A stretch of DNA of 64,000 bases from Epiperipatus broadwayi (GCA_028023455.1 JAQFVV010000001.1:19592001-19656000), one strand, 5' to 3'. Shown: positions 38,330 through 53,100, numbered from the stretch's first letter. Program-made: numbers and translations. Notes: generated by a model not told the origin, from the letters alone.

Positions 38330-41300
38330 CAATTCTACACTATCTGAATATTCCCAAATAAATGAAAAAAATTTCATGTATTCAATACATTAAATGCCAA
38401 ATTTGCATCCTCAACTGATTGGGGACTTCAGTATGACATACAACAAATTTATAATGAAATGATTACCCCTACTGACTTTTCCATTTATGACAGGAGAAAG
38501 GTTTCTGCCACAGAACTCTGTCTCACTTAATAATGGCAGATATTCATCAATGATTGACTTGGTGTTTTACTCACCAGTATTGCACCATATGATGAACTTA
38601 TCATTGATAAATACATCTTTTTCAGACCATGATGCAATCATAATAACTCTTAAAAATAATTTTATACACTAACCATTAATAACATCTAGTAAAACCATTA
38701 GAACTTCTGCCCAGTAACACAAATGATCATCTATTTTCAAAAATATACACACTACTATTCAAAATTAGAGACCTTGAAATGGATTCAGCTCAAACCTGGA
38801 TACCATTTGTAAATATAATATCTTGTACAATAGATAGTGTAACAAGAAATCAACCAGCACCTTCAAAAATCCTGGCTATTGCAGATGACATTAATAAAAG
38901 AATCACATGGAGCTCTATGAGAGCAGAAGGAGGCAAAAATGTAATTACAATGAGAAGAGTATATTAAGCAGCATGTAAAACACTCACAGAATATATAGCA
39001 ATATATTAGATGGGCATTTAGTCAAGCACTAGTAAATAAAGTCCCCACAGCAATAAATATGAATAATGAAATCATTACAGGCAACAATATGATGCAACTA
39101 CTATTATCACACTTTAAAACAAAATTACAAAAGGGATTAAAATTTATTCCCAAACATAACTTCTTGGGACTACCAGAAGATAATTTAAAATTTACACCTG
39201 AAGAATTTGTTGAAAGACTTGCAACAGTACCAAAATCATGCCATCCAGGGATACGTGGTATACCCATGTTTGCATATAATAATTTAAGCAAATTTACCTC
39301 AAAATATTTAGCAAATTTTTTAACAAAATAAATATATACTATTCAAGGACTCTATCCAATCTCTAGGGTGCTATTTATAAAAAAAAAAACAGGAAAACAT
39401 ATACACACAAATCTCAGACTAATATCAATGAGTCCACTTGGCATTAAAGTATTAGAGTCAGTGATCAAGGAAAAAAATTAAACCCTAAATATTGTCACAA
39501 TTCTTGAGATTGCAGTTTTCAAAAAGGACTCTTCAAGATTCAATAAGAACTAATAAGAAATACAGTCCAGATGTAGTAAAGCTAGCCATAAAACCTGCAT
39601 TTGACACAGTACCAATTGATCTACTAATTGAAAAACTAATAAAAACATCAATACCAATTTCATTAATATACTTGATTATAAATCTACTTCCGAGGAGGAA
39701 AATACACATTAGCCTCAATGGGAAATAGTGACCATCTTTTAACCCTTTTTGTTCAATTCCACAAGTGACCTACTATTCACATTACACATCAATCCATTGA
39801 TCAAAGCAATAGAAAATGATTTAGTAGGAATATTCATATCAGAATTAAAAACAAATATTCCATGTATAGCATATAAGGATGATATATCTGTGTTTCTAAT
39901 ATTGAAAAAACAAATTCCAAAATTAATAAAAATTCTCCAAAATTATACATAAAAATATAAGGTTGAATTCAATATGGAGAAATCAAGTGCACAGACAATA
40001 TATACAGGATGCTATCATGAAGATTATTTCAAAGAGACACAGAGCCTTTCCATTTTTCAAGCAACATGGAGATGCACATACAAATCCAAAGAGAACTAAT
40101 AAAAAAAACTGAAAAAATAATCAATTCTCTTTCAAAATCTTACATGTCACTATATGGAGAAGTGGCACTTTTTAACCTTTTAGTGATGAATAGAGTTTCA
40201 TACTACACCCCAATAATTATATATAGCAAAGCCTTCACATTAAAAATTGAGAGCTTATGTAGAAAACTATTGTGGAGGAAAAAGATGTCTACAATATTAA
40301 TTAAATGAATCCAAAATCCCTTAATGCAAAATGGATTAGGATTACATGCAATAAAAATATTTCAAATTCAGAAAACCATCTATTTAATTACATCATGCAT
40401 AAGGCTATTTCCATACCTTGAAGTAATCCATAAAATCACATCAACAGATTAACCAGCACAAAACACTCTTTCAATCACATTGCTAAATATCACAAATTCA
40501 GTGATCTGGACAAGGAAAACTAAGTATAGGTATTGGAAAATATACATATTTATCTATCCTACATCTTCAAATGACAATAATAAACTTTTTTTAAATATAA
40601 ACAATTAACAAAAAAATTTAAATACTGGTCACTAGAACTGAAATACTATGACTTCCTACTTAAACTAAACATGCAAGCATGCATTATTGACATTAAATTT
40701 CATTATAAAAGGAACTGCATTAACATTGATGATGTGTGCAGGTTCTGTAAAAGACAAACAGAAACTCAGTCACATATATTTTTTTCTTATTCTACATTAG
40801 ATAGTATTCATGCTGGAATTCCCAATTTATTCAAAAATAGAAAGTATACTATACAAACACTCCTTCAATCCTATGCGAAAAGTAACTTTGCATACATTAG
40901 AGCCAATACATTTACACTATTCTCACTATGGTGTACCAGATGTACATTTACATATAATACAAACACAAGAAGGCATCCAAATATCTTTTGAAACAAAATA
41001 GAAATAATAAGGCTAAGAGATAAAAAAAAAATCACCAAACACATCCACATCGTCGCTAATGCGACTATGCTCAAGTCTATAAAGAAAGGAGAAGAAAAAT
41101 TGGACAAAGAAATCAAATAAAAACTTGGTGACATAAAATTATCATGCTATAAAAGACAGAGTTGAAGAATGGACACTTGAAATCTTTTAGTGTTGGACAA
41201 TAATATATATTTTTTGGTCTCTTTGTTATTAATATTTCTAAGGATAAAGGTATATATATATATATATATTTCTGTATAAATTTGTTTATATATGTTTTTC

Positions 41301-41410
41301 CCCCTCATGATTCATCATGTAAACATCAAGTTGTTATGATAATATATGTACAAGTATTCCTGGTTTTGTAAAATTCTGTTTGTACAATTATTAAGCTCAA
41401 TAAAGTTCCT
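38330..41410 (+). mobile_element. Decayed L1/Tx1-clade non-LTR retrotransposon (APE-RT-zinc knuckle)
   Basis: In order: IGDFS (38418), SMIDLVF and SFSDHDAI (APE); ISMSPLGIKVLES, PAFDTV, LFTLHINPL and AYKDD (RT); then VCRFCKRQTETQSHIFF and LWCTR (C-terminal zinc knuckle); aataaa at ~41400. Confidence 0.85.
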
Positions 41411-41929
41411 TTTGAAACTACATGTTGCACACACACATGTATATTTATTTACTTATTTAAAAACACTTTATATGATTTGTTGCCTTCCATAAATTTTACC
41501 ATTTAGAATCAACTCATGGAATCAAATGTTCCAAATAAGAGAGATTATTGTAGTTAAATCTCCCAATATATCATCATGAGAAACATGAATTTAGTTAGTT
41601 CTATTAACAATGTTGAGTATCGTTCTTTGATAAAAGAAATATAAAAAAAATAAGGATAACATAAAAATCAAATAAATTTAATAAAAGCATTTATCTAAAA
41701 ATTTGATTAGTTATTAGAAATAACCTGAATAGACCATAAAATTGTGTAAATTATTGCAATGTTACCATTTAAAATATTTATATTTTAGACAATATTTATA
41801 GTTGAGCCGTATTTTATTTATTACAAACTAAACATGCATTCTATACAATCATACTTCTAAACATGTTTCTAACCAAATTATAAATAATGGTCTGTTGCTG
41901 CCATATCTTCTTTTTTATTGCTATATATA

Positions 41930-42435
41930 TATATAGTGTCTTTATAAATATATGAGACCATTAATGGAGGTAGGATTCCACTTTATTGCTAAAAGTAGGT
42001 TGCCTTGATAACAGTTTGAAATTCTTGATTGTTATCTATATTGGGATTGTCTAAGTATTGACTGGTTTCTAATGGTTACTTATAAATCCATTTAGTCTTG
42101 AATATTATTATACCTATTATTTAAGTAATACTTTGGGTGCAATTTGAAAATTATAATTGCAATTTGTAATGTTCTAATTGACTATTTATTAGTCTGCATT
42201 CAGAACAGATTATATTTACCTGTTTAAGGAGGTTTATTTAAACTTCTTCCAATCAATAATTTTAATATCTGTAGTCAAGTTGCAATTTTTAGTCTCTTTA
42301 TAAATATATAAAGCCATTAATGGAGGTGGGATTCCACCTATATTGTTAAAAAGAGGTTGCCTTGACAACTGTTTGAAATTCTTGATTATTACATGTATTG
42401 GAATTGTCTAAGTATTGACTGGTTTCTAATGGTTA
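41930..42435 (-). mobile_element. Decayed Penelope-like GIY-YIG remnant with a ~145-bp direct duplication (41936-42080 / 42292-42435)
   Basis: The direct repeat is seen directly. Minus-strand KNFKLLSRQ....VESYLH and IIG-like words resemble the PLE endonuclease C-terminus (weak). Confidence 0.5.
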
Positions 42436-42659
42436 TATATATATTATATTTAATGTTTTCACGGTTATATGTTGTAGATAAAATACTATTTTTGGGTACA
42501 AACCATGTATTATTTTGCATTACAATCCGATATTTTGACGGACTAGCAATGCCATTATCAAGGTTAACTTGATATATATATATATATAATAGATTTTGGG
42601 TTAAACTGTATATTAGTTGCATATATAAATAAAATAGTTTTTGTCTTAAACCATGTGTT

Positions 42660-42860
42660 ATCAAGATTAACTTTTCAAAAAAAAAAAAAACATTCAATCT
42701 CAAATAGTAATGAGATTAAAGTGAGATAAAGAATGAAATTGAGCATGAAGTATATTTTGAATAAGAATCTCATGATCAATCTCATTTTTTACCTCACACT
42801 CAATCTTGTTTCTATTTGAGATAAACAGTTTTTCTTTGAAATGTTAACATTGATAATGGT
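42660..42860. repeat. Imperfect hairpin / MITE-like element
   Basis: atctcaaatag...gagatt...gtgag...aaattgagcatga // tcatgatcaatctc...ctcac...aatctt...ctatttgagat. Confidence 0.65.
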
Positions 42861-43019
42861 AGATGCTATTTTGTCAAAATGTTGGGAATTAATGAAAGCT
42901 AACATATGATTTAACCCCAAAACTATTTTATTTACATCATATAATCACGAAAACATTAAATAAAAATATATAGATAAATGTAATAATTTTAGCTGTTAAT
43001 ATAGATGTAAACTAATTAG

Positions 43020-43250
43020 TAAATGGGATTATCATTTATATATACAAATTTAAATCTACAACCAAGGTATGTGCAGCAACTAATCAGATGTGGTCCTGCA
43101 GGTTCAATAAAACAATAGGAAAGCTATCCAAAGTCCTTTTGATTAGAAGTAGATTGGACAGGTTTCTATTGTTTATTCAATTGACAATTAGTTTCTGTAT
43201 ATCTACACATCTTGGCTGTGAATTTAGCTATGAATGGTGATTCCATTTAC
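43020..43250. repeat. Imperfect hairpin / MITE-like element
   Basis: aaatggga.t..cattt...aaatctacaaccaag...aactaat...aaacaatag // ctattgttt...attagtt...cttggctgtgaattt...gattccattt. Confidence 0.6.
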
Positions 43251-43884
43251 TAATTAATTTACACACACACATACAACTGGAATGGAAGTAACTGAATCTC
43301 CCACTAATATAATGTAACCAACTTTCAACTGTGAAAATAGAATAATACCATCTATTTTTTCATAGTTAATTGACATTTACTCAGCTTGGTGAAGGATCAG
43401 TTAGTACCATTCCAATTACATATAGTTAAACAATGAATATTTAGTGTTACATGTACATATATAATTACACTTTAATTTACAAATGTAAAACTTTCTACAT
43501 TCATAACTTAATGATCATTCCAACTCAGATGAAGATGATCTTTTTCTAGTTAAAATAAGCATGTGGATTTTCTCAATTTCATTTCTCTTTTTCCACATGC
43601 AATTTAACAGGTTCAAAATTTAAATCGAACCTAGGAATAATCTTTACCTTAATAAATAATTAATAATAATCATTAATGTATTTATCTAAAATGGTTGGTG
43701 TTAAAGTTGTGAGTGCAGAAAGTTTGCCACTTGTAAATCAAAGTATAATAATTTGGAATTAATAAATAGTGAACAAATACCAAGTGAAAGGTATCTGTTC
43801 ACCATCCATTGCATCTTGGGATAATTTTTTTAGATGTCATTATTAACATGTTCCAGGAATATGTGATGGAATGGAAGTTTAAAG

Positions 43885-44395
43885 TAGTGGTCTTCAACCA
43901 CCGGTCCACGGCCTGGTGCCGGGCCGTAGACGGGCCGTAGAAGTTTTTTGCTGGTCCGCGATAGACTGGCAAGAAAGTTTTAATAACAAAATAATAAGAC
44001 TTTAAACTTTTAATTAATATAAACAATTTTTATTTATTTTTTTCATCGCACTTTTACCTGATTAAAAAAAAAGAAACAGAACAAAATCTAATCAGTCTTA
44101 TATAAATTAATTTGTTTTTCTAGTTATCACAGATGTTTATGAGGGGGGGGGGGGTAGAATTAAATTTTTTATTACTTTTCTAAAAAAATTCAAAATTAAA
44201 AAAAAAAAAGTTTTTTATTATACAAACTCCATATATATATAACTTCATCTAAGGCTAAGCTGTTTACATCTTTAAGAAAATTTATCTATAGACTTCTGCT
44301 GGTCCATGAAACCTTATCCTTATTTTTGCCGGTCCGCGCGGAACCTTATCCTTATTTTTTCCGGTCCGCAGGTGTGAAAAGGTTGAAGACCACTG
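43885..44395. mobile_element. hAT (Charlie-like) MITE, 511 bp
   Basis: TIRs tagtggtcttcaacc / ggttgaagaccactg; perfect 8-bp TSD gtttaaag (43877-84, 44396-403); ccggtcc subterminal repeats. Confidence 0.93.
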
Positions 44396-45049
44396 GTTTA
44401 AAGTATATCTAAATATATATAAATATGACAATTTCTAATTGATTTCAAATTTATAAAGAGTTTGACAACATAGTTTAGTTTCATAATTTAGAAGATCAAT
44501 AAATATTTAAATGCATATTCATATTTTATATACATTTTTTTATTCTTAAAACACAGTTTACACATTGTCTCATCAAATGGATATATGTATAAATTCAAAG
44601 ACGATTTTAATCTGGATATAATATATTAAACAATTAATTGTTATTAAATTTAATTGGTTATTAAATTTTTTAAAATAAATATGTCAGATGGCAATGAAAA
44701 TTGCTAAGTAGACCTGAAGTTTCATTTGAAGTGCCAATAAGCAGAATATTTTGATTATATTATGTGATAATGTAATTCATTATTAAAATATATAATGATC
44801 AGAAAAGTTGGTGATAAATAAAAAAGAAAACAACCAGCAATGACAGGAATTCCACAATCAATAAATTAGAAAAGATTGAAATCAGAGTAGTTATATATTT
44901 ATTACTCTAAAGTAATAGTCAATTATATATATTTAATCACCTTTATTTTATATAATATCATTAATTTAAATAATGATAATGAGATAAGTAAATAATAAGA
45001 CAATATTTTGAGAAAAAATACTTTTGATTATTTAAACTTTAAACATTAA

Positions 45050-45740
45050 CAATTATATTTATTCAGATGCATAACAGACAATGTTAGTGATTTCTCAAGC
45101 AGAACTATAAATGATAAAGATGGAGAAAATAACTGAAAAAATGCAATAGTAACATTAATATTTATGAATGATGATAAAGAAGATATTAAAAAATACAGAT
45201 ATATTATATTTTGATTAGTTCTGTATACAATCTTTGTCAAGATAATTACAACTTGCCTATAGTAGATTTAGCACAATGAATTATATTCATATATTATGAG
45301 ACATTTTAGAAAGGACCAATGAATATGAGCTGCCTTTAATGCTTAGGATTTGTAGATAATAAAAAGACATTTGATTTGATAAGCATTTTTATAGTGATTA
45401 AAGTTTGAATCATAAAAAATTTATGTAGATCTAGTATTGTCATATTCTCAAAAAATATTTATCAAAATGTGACAGCAGTAATTAGAATACATAATTATAT
45501 TAAAGATAACAATATCAGGGAGGTTATGTGAAGAAGATTCTATATCCTCAAAACATTTTATAGCAGTTTGACAAAAAGTATTTTGTGCATTAAAATGGGA
45601 AACTAAATGAGTAAAAGTAATTAAAGATTTTGAGGATGATATGATTATTTTTGTAAATAATGCTTTAGAGCTTCAAAAAATGTTGCAATTTGTTATCAAA
45701 TGTAAGTAAAACAAATAGGACTAAAAATACATGCTTATTT
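45050..45740 (+). mobile_element. Highly decayed RTE-clade LINE RT fragment
   Basis: KNAIVTLIF...KEDIKKYRYI (KKGD..NYRPI), ILERTNEYELPL..GFVD.KKTFD, then (QG)DSISSK.F.A and F.DD.IIF, in order. Confidence 0.72.
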
Positions 45741-47399
45741 AATAAGGCTTAAGGAATATTTAATGCATTTTCTTTAAAAAAAAAAAGTATAAATATCTTT
45801 GTCAGACTAATAAAAAATGCTATTTGTATGATCTCACAATCTAACTATCTACTTATAGAACCGAATATTAATATTAATCGAATCTGATTCTAGAATACTA
45901 ATCACTCTAAGAATTTGCAACAACAATGCCTTTTTATTCTAAAGCTGATTTGGAGATAATAAAAAAAAGATTCTCACTTTTTTCTGATGAACAAAAAAAA
46001 TGCACAAATTATGATAGAGATGAATTTTATTCTGAAATCTCATTCCTAAATGAATCTATATCATAACATAGTCAGTCAATGTCAGTAATTTATTTCAATT
46101 AACATTTTGGTGGACTGTGAATTCAAATTCATATATTATTAAATTGATATAGCATAAACAATATTTCACTTGGATAATAAAACTATAACACATGTCTGTA
46201 TAATATATATATATATTTACATTTTTAAATTTTAACTAGAATTTTTTTTTTTTTTAATAATATGTTAGTTGAGTCTCAAGCTTGCCTTGATAAGAATACA
46301 GTATATATAAATGTGATGACGATAATGAAAATACGGACAATTATAATAACAATATATATATATATATATACTTCAAATGTTTTTTTTAATTTGATATTTT
46401 GAGAGCTATAAATTAAAAATCCTTGCAATTAATAAGTTTTTAAAAGTATTTTTTTAAAAAAATTATAGAAAAAGTAAAATATATATATTATTTGGAGAGG
46501 AGGGGATCTCTTATTTTTTTTGAAAGAAATATATTGAATTATGTAAAATATTTTCTGCATTTTTTAAAAAAAATTATATTAAAACACTTGGTATAAGCAA
46601 AAGTTTGAGAGAGTTTTTTGAATAAACTTTTTGTAAATGTCAAAATATATTAAATTTTTGAGATTATAACGTTAATTTATATGCAATACACTTATCATAC
46701 TTAATTTATATGCAGTTCATAGAAAGCAATTCAAATATTATTAGAAAATCAAAACCTAAAATTAAAACTTTGACAAGAACTAACTATCAGAGAGTCATTC
46801 TGGCTAAATAAGTGCTTAAATTAAAAATAAATAAAAAAATGTCTGGCGCTTACTTTATTAAGAATAAATTAGAAACTTAAAATTTTTATTTAAAAAGAGA
46901 CTTGAAAACATATACCTAGATCAACTCTTAAAATAATTTATACATTGAGCAAAATATTTACATAAAACTTTTAACATTCTTCTTTCACTGACTAATCTGC
47001 CTTTCCAAAAAAAAAACTTATCCAGTTAACTGTTCTATTAAACTTTTTTCCTCTGAAAGATGAATTTCAACAATCGTATCTTAAAGCTTGTTTGCATATT
47101 CCAGTATTTATATTTAATAAAAAAAGACTTATACCTTTTGTACTATCACAACCTTGTTTTGTCACTAACACTAATAGTTATCATTTTGATGGGTAATCTG
47201 CCAGGCATGACAGTTTACCATTATATAACATAGGTTTTAGTTTGTCACATGTAGATTGTTTATACTTTCATGTAGGAAAAGAAATCCTTAAATGCAACTG
47301 CTCAAACATACACCCTTTGCCTGATTAAACTTTTGTCTTAAGTCAACTTTTAAAACAATTCTTTTGTGATTTACTGACTTGAGCAAAGATCATAACTAA

Positions 47400-48150
47400 G
47401 GATTGCCAGCCCAATAAGAGTATCTTAGTCATTGTTTTCTTAATTTTCCAAGATATAGAGCTAAAAAAAAATGGAGCTAAAAATGCTGTTCTCATTGTAA
47501 AGGATAGAAATCTGGTTGCACAAGCACACAATACCCATTATCTCAATTAATGTAAGAGAAGAGAAATAACTGATGTCATGAGAAGTTTATGATGACTGGG
47601 CAATACCCTAAATTGAAGGAAAAAAAGATATAAAAGATTTCATATTGAAAAAAATATTTAGCCTTTGATGAACGAATATCATTTCACACAAGTCAACAGA
47701 AAGTACTCTTAATTGGGTACCAGTTATTTGTAACAAAAATTAATCTTCATAATTTAAATTCAACTATTCATCAACCATGAGCCCATTAGCAACCTTATCA
47801 CAGCACAAAATACTTATAATATATAAGTATTTAACTGCAGATAATGCATATATGGAAATGATGATCATGGATGATAACTGTACACAATATTTTAACTTTA
47901 TCAAATAATTTTATTACATATTGTAATGGTATAAAATACACAGAAAATGAATGGTCAAATGTTATTCTCAACTCATGGATAATGTGTTATTGATGATTTT
48001 TATTTATTAATAAGTTCCAGCTAAAATGAAACTCACAACTCCACAACTATTATATGATGAATTCATCCTTTTCTATATCCCATAATCTATTATCCATAAT
48101 GTTTCCTATTATCTCATTGGCTATTAATCTTATTGCCCTTCCATCAGTAC
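47400..48150 (-). mobile_element. Possible decayed piggyBac-like transposase remnant
   Basis: Minus-strand IIHELRITF....YFIPLQYVIK..KVKILC loosely follows the IDE.MI.F...YIP.KP.K.G.K...LC pattern; weak, with no TIRs located. Confidence 0.35.
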
Positions 48151-48610
48151 AAAATTTTCCTTGATTATTAAAAAAAAAAACACGGTTGTTTCACAAATTA
48201 AATTGCTTTTTTAATGTCTGCATAAATTATTAAAGTTTTGTCATATATAATATAATTTTATAAATGTAATTTTGAAAATGCATTTTTTATTTGTAATCTA
48301 TTAATAATATCTTATTTTTACAATATAAATAATTCAATATATTAGTAATAAATATATAACAATATATATATAAAGTAACTACTATAAGTTATACTATTTA
48401 TGTTTATTGTTAGTATAATATTTTAAGATATAATTCCAATTTCCTTGTGTTTAAATAGAATTGTTTTATTTATTTTATCAACGATTATGTTATAAATCAC
48501 AACGAAAAATTATATATACGCACATACACATATATATATATGTTTGTGTGTGATAGTTGTTTCTATTTTGCGGGCATAAAATAGATGCTCTTTTATATTT
48601 TACAATATAC

Positions 48611-48756
48611 CTGAAAGATATTTGTTGTGAGTCCACTATTTCCAGATTCATCAGAACCTTGGGATTTTTCATCTCTCAGACCAAGACTTGACCCTTCACT
48701 AGTTCCTACTGAGTGACCACTTTCATTATCTGATTCAACATCACAAGCAAATGTCA
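48611..48756 (-). CDS. INTU: Inturned coding exon (Ser/Gly-rich linker): xTFACDVESDNESGHSVGTSEGSSLGLRDEKSQGSDESGNSGLTTNIFQ
   Basis: Acceptor tttttttatag| and donor cag|gtatat. Open 146-nt frame ending in phase 0, compatible with exon 34914. EKSQGSD resembles RESQGSD in the vertebrate INTU linker. Confidence 0.8.
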
Positions 48757-49848
48757 CTATAAAAAAACATTTTATAATATATTACAATTTAGAAGATTAC
48801 TTCTCAATATTAAAACTTATTGATGGAAATCCAGAATATATATACATATAATTTAAGTTAGGTTTACTGAAGTCACTAATAAGTACAAGTGAATATAAAA
48901 AAATGTAGACGGCGATCTGATAAAGTTTAATATTAAGTAATGTACTACATTTTCAGACATTGTTTTCAAATTTGATAAAATTTCAAGATATTCAAAAAAT
49001 TTATTTTATATATCTGAAAACATTTTAGTAAAAATTATGTTTAAATACAATTTTACAACTATATTTTCTTTTTTTAAAAATATTTTACTTTACAATTTTA
49101 TAGTTTTCATCACTGTAGGACAAACAAAAAAAAATTTCTTAAAAATATACCAGGTTACTAATAAAAATATTACAAATGAATAATATTACAAATTGAACAA
49201 TAAATAATCAGTCCTTGTTATTTTAGATTAATAATTATTAAAATTATTTGTTAGGCTAAAACATATTATTTTAAAAGCCAATATACACATTTTAAATTTA
49301 ATTAAAGTTTAACAGGATATTATTAATAACTACTTTCTTTTTCCACACATGTGTGAGAACATAAATATATTTTAAAACTTCTATTTTGTTACCGATTTTA
49401 ATATATGGACAAATACCTTTGAAAAAAAGCAAACGAAATCAAGATACACTTAGGTTGTCATATTCTCTTACATGTCTTCATCTAAATATTTATTCACATC
49501 CCATAATTACTTTTTAGTTATATCTGTACAGTGTAGAATTAGTCATAAATACATCTTGGAAGTTATTTTCTTTGTAAGAGATGTCTTTGTTCATATCTTA
49601 ATTATTGTTTGAAGTATGTGTAGTTTATAAGACAATAAACAATAACATCAAGTGGTTATAATTAAAAATAGATGTATTAACCTTCAAAGTTAAATCTAGA
49701 TTAAAAAAAAAAAAACCCTCTAAACTAATAAACGAATAGGAATAGTCATTAATATATTTGTTCAAAGTTGATGTCATTAGAATAAGCAGATACAAGAAAA
49801 ATAGAACTTATAAACTGTGTTTATTTATAATATCGTAATGGTCAAATT

Positions 49849-50108
49849 TGTACATACATGCCACAAAATCCAGAGTTTTACTAAATCATTCTAAGGCTGA
49901 CCAGCATTAGGTGATGGTGACCACGTGTCTGATATAGTCTCAGTTTCTTTACTACTACTCAAAGATTTACTACCTTACGGATGACATATTTAAGGCCACA
50001 GCAGTATTCTCTTTAATCGCATGCCAGAAGTAGCACATCGGTAAAGCACAAGATTATGAGAAACTGACATTTTAATGAGCATAGCTATATAGATGGCATG
50101 CGGCTACA
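49849..50108. mobile_element. Possible 260-bp solo LTR or TIR element
   Basis: Termini tgtacatacatgcca / tggcatgcggctaca (TG..CA, imperfect inverted); 5-bp flanks aaatt/taatt. Confidence 0.45.
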
Positions 50109-53100
50109 TAATTATCAAATATGGATTGTGGTTCTTAACTAATAATTAAATAATCAATAATGACATAACAATGAGCAACACTGAAACACTAAGCAGAAGT
50201 TAAATTTAAAATAATTTAATAAAAGCCAAATATTTAAATAATAAAATTAATAAATGAAATAATAATTACAATGTGGTTATATGGATTGTCTCACTCGCAG
50301 GTGATTAAATTAGGGATACAATTTACCATTACAGTCTTGGTTCACATGCAGGTGATGATTTTGGATCTAAGCATTTATGGTTTACTGAGTTACAGGTAGT
50401 TTTGATTTACATATATACATGACAATTTGAATCACTCACAGGTGATATTAGTTTTCTGGTTACAAATTATTTAATTTATTATAATTGTCATATATGTGTA
50501 TATCACTTGTAGGTGATGATTTTGAATATAAGCATTTACATTTAAGTTACAGTTTTCATGAGCCTTAATATTACTTTATAAATTTAGTTTAATTTGCTCA
50601 TGATGATCTATGCCTAGTTTATGCTATATAACATGATCTAGATTTGCTTTAGAGCTAGCAGACGTGATCATTATATTTATAAAGAACCTTTTATTAAATG
50701 CGAATATTTAATATATTCTCTATATAGCTTATATGCCTATGAAATCAGATTTGAATTCAGATCAAAGCTGAAATATACAATTATTATAGTGGGATGAACT
50801 GATGATTGGCAGTCAGACTTCAGATACCAAGGCATATAGAAAATATACAATCTGAGTCCCTGCATCTCGAATGTGTGCTTTTTCATGGGATTTGTACCAA
50901 GTACTGGCTCTCTTTTCACTGTACTCATTGCTGTGAAATAAGAGACCTTTTAGTCCAGGTGATTGAACAACTAGTTTAAACTGCTGGATCCTCATGCTCC
51001 AGTTCTAAATATGCAGAATGGGGTGGTGCTTATCTGACACCCATCTGAAAAAGATAGTTGTCCGAACTAAGAATAATGGGGTAGCCCTTACACATATGCC
51101 CATTAAAGATACATACAGCAACAAGTATATATGCTGAAGGGTTTTTTAAGGACACATTTGTACCACTGACTACATCATTATATAATAAAATTGGATGCTA
51201 AACAATAGTTTCCTTCCATGAAAATACTGTAGATCAGTTCATTATATAGCATCTATAATTATGCTATTAAGGAAAGCTTATGAATCTAATTTATAAAGCT
51301 ATCTATATAGGCATTTATATAATTCTAGGGAGGATTACAGCATATTATGGATAATTATGATATAAATTTATAGCTTTATGCTGTATTTTATCACTTCAAC
51401 TGAATATTAATTAAATATTATATTTAAAGCAAACCTATCTTAGAGTAGCTGTAAGCTTTTCATTATATCTTAAATAAGACATTCTATCCCTTTCAGAACG
51501 GAGTTTCGTTTGTGCATTAATAAATGCGAAATTACATATATGTGTGTGAGAATATCTAATTGCTTCTCACTAATTATTTAACTGAGAGTAAAACTCCATT
51601 TTGAACAAATATAGCATAAACAAATACATAATTAAAATAAAGTAAAATTGGCATAGCTTTTTAATTAAAAAAAATATAAGTTTAAAGATAAAATTTCACG
51701 TAAGAGAAATCTGAAATTTGGCTTTATTTTAGCTTAGTTTAAAAAGGGAATTGAAATTAAATTAGTTTAGATTTGATTGATTCAGTTTAATATAGATTTA
51801 AGTTATTTATGAGAATTATTAATAAAAGCAAATATTATCATTAAACTAAAATATGTAAAATAACTTAGAAACTTAATTATCATTTAAAATAAATCATTTA
51901 GAATTATACGTAATAAAAGTTATGATAAATCATTTAAAATCAATCAATTAAAGCAAGTTCAAACTAAATCAGTTTTAACCTCTGAACAAGATAAATAAGT
52001 TGCAACCAAATCAATCAAAAATAAATCAGTAAATAAATTAATAAATCAATCAGTAAATCATAGAATAAATCGATAAATAAATCAGACAAGATTTGGGATT
52101 TTAGATAAAGAAAATAAAATTACTTTTAACTTGTAAGTTTAGAATACATGATTATTTTGGCCATAATTATTAGATTTAGCTAGCTTTTAGGTATTAACAA
52201 ATTTTAGTTGAAGAATTAATTTTAAGTTGAGGTAGGTTGGTTACCACTATCTTCTTTCTTCTGGAAAATTGGCTTCATGATGAGGGATTCCTTTTAGATG
52301 GTATTGGCTCCTACTGCTCTGCATCTTGTAGACTATCACATGGTTTAGAAAGCAAGGGAATTGCCCTCTAGCCCATTGTCATCATCATTACCAATTTAAA
52401 ATACTGAAGTGAATAATTAAGAATAAAATTCTAATCTGCCCTGCCAAGAAGTAGAAGTAACTTATATATCAGCTTATCCCCCCTCTCCCCTGTCATAGTA
52501 GTTTTAAATTTGTTTTCTCTTTACTTTGCTGTCTTCTAAAAAATCGCGAAATCCCACTGTGATTGATTTTTCTACAGGTGGGGTTTTCCTTCAGTCAACC
52601 ACATTTTTTCCTTTGGTCAATCAGGATAATTTATTCATACTTTTATTTTAAAATCTATTTTTATTCTTAATTTGTAACTAGGTCATAATACAGCGAGAAA
52701 GATTAAGTTTTATGAAATCATCTTTTTTTAGAAAAACAAATCCAAAGATGAAAAACATTTTGTTATATATGTAATTCGATCATATAATTTAGCAACATAT
52801 GCAGAAATATATAATAATTTCAAATATTACTTTTAGAATAATTATTCTAAATAAAGAAATTTATAATCTTTTAATTCTGTTAACATTATTCTTTCCTGCA
52901 TATATGTAGTCTCTTGTTACACACACAAAGCATTTTCCGTTTATTTAATTACTAGAAATATATATCTGCGTATTTACGGGTTTTACATATATAGATATAT
53001 TTTTCATACTGTATGTTAAGATATATGCACACATACATAACTAATACATTTAGATTTAAAATTAGCCTGATTTTAGTACAATACTAGTGTGATATACGAG

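Noticed and set aside
41855-41915. Degenerate hammerhead-like motif (GAAACAUGUU palindrome) after the second PLE remnant; a similar UUGAUAA motif lies near 42540-42570
   Set aside because: The first lacks a CUGANGA/UUGANAA core and the second lacks GAAA; at best fossils.
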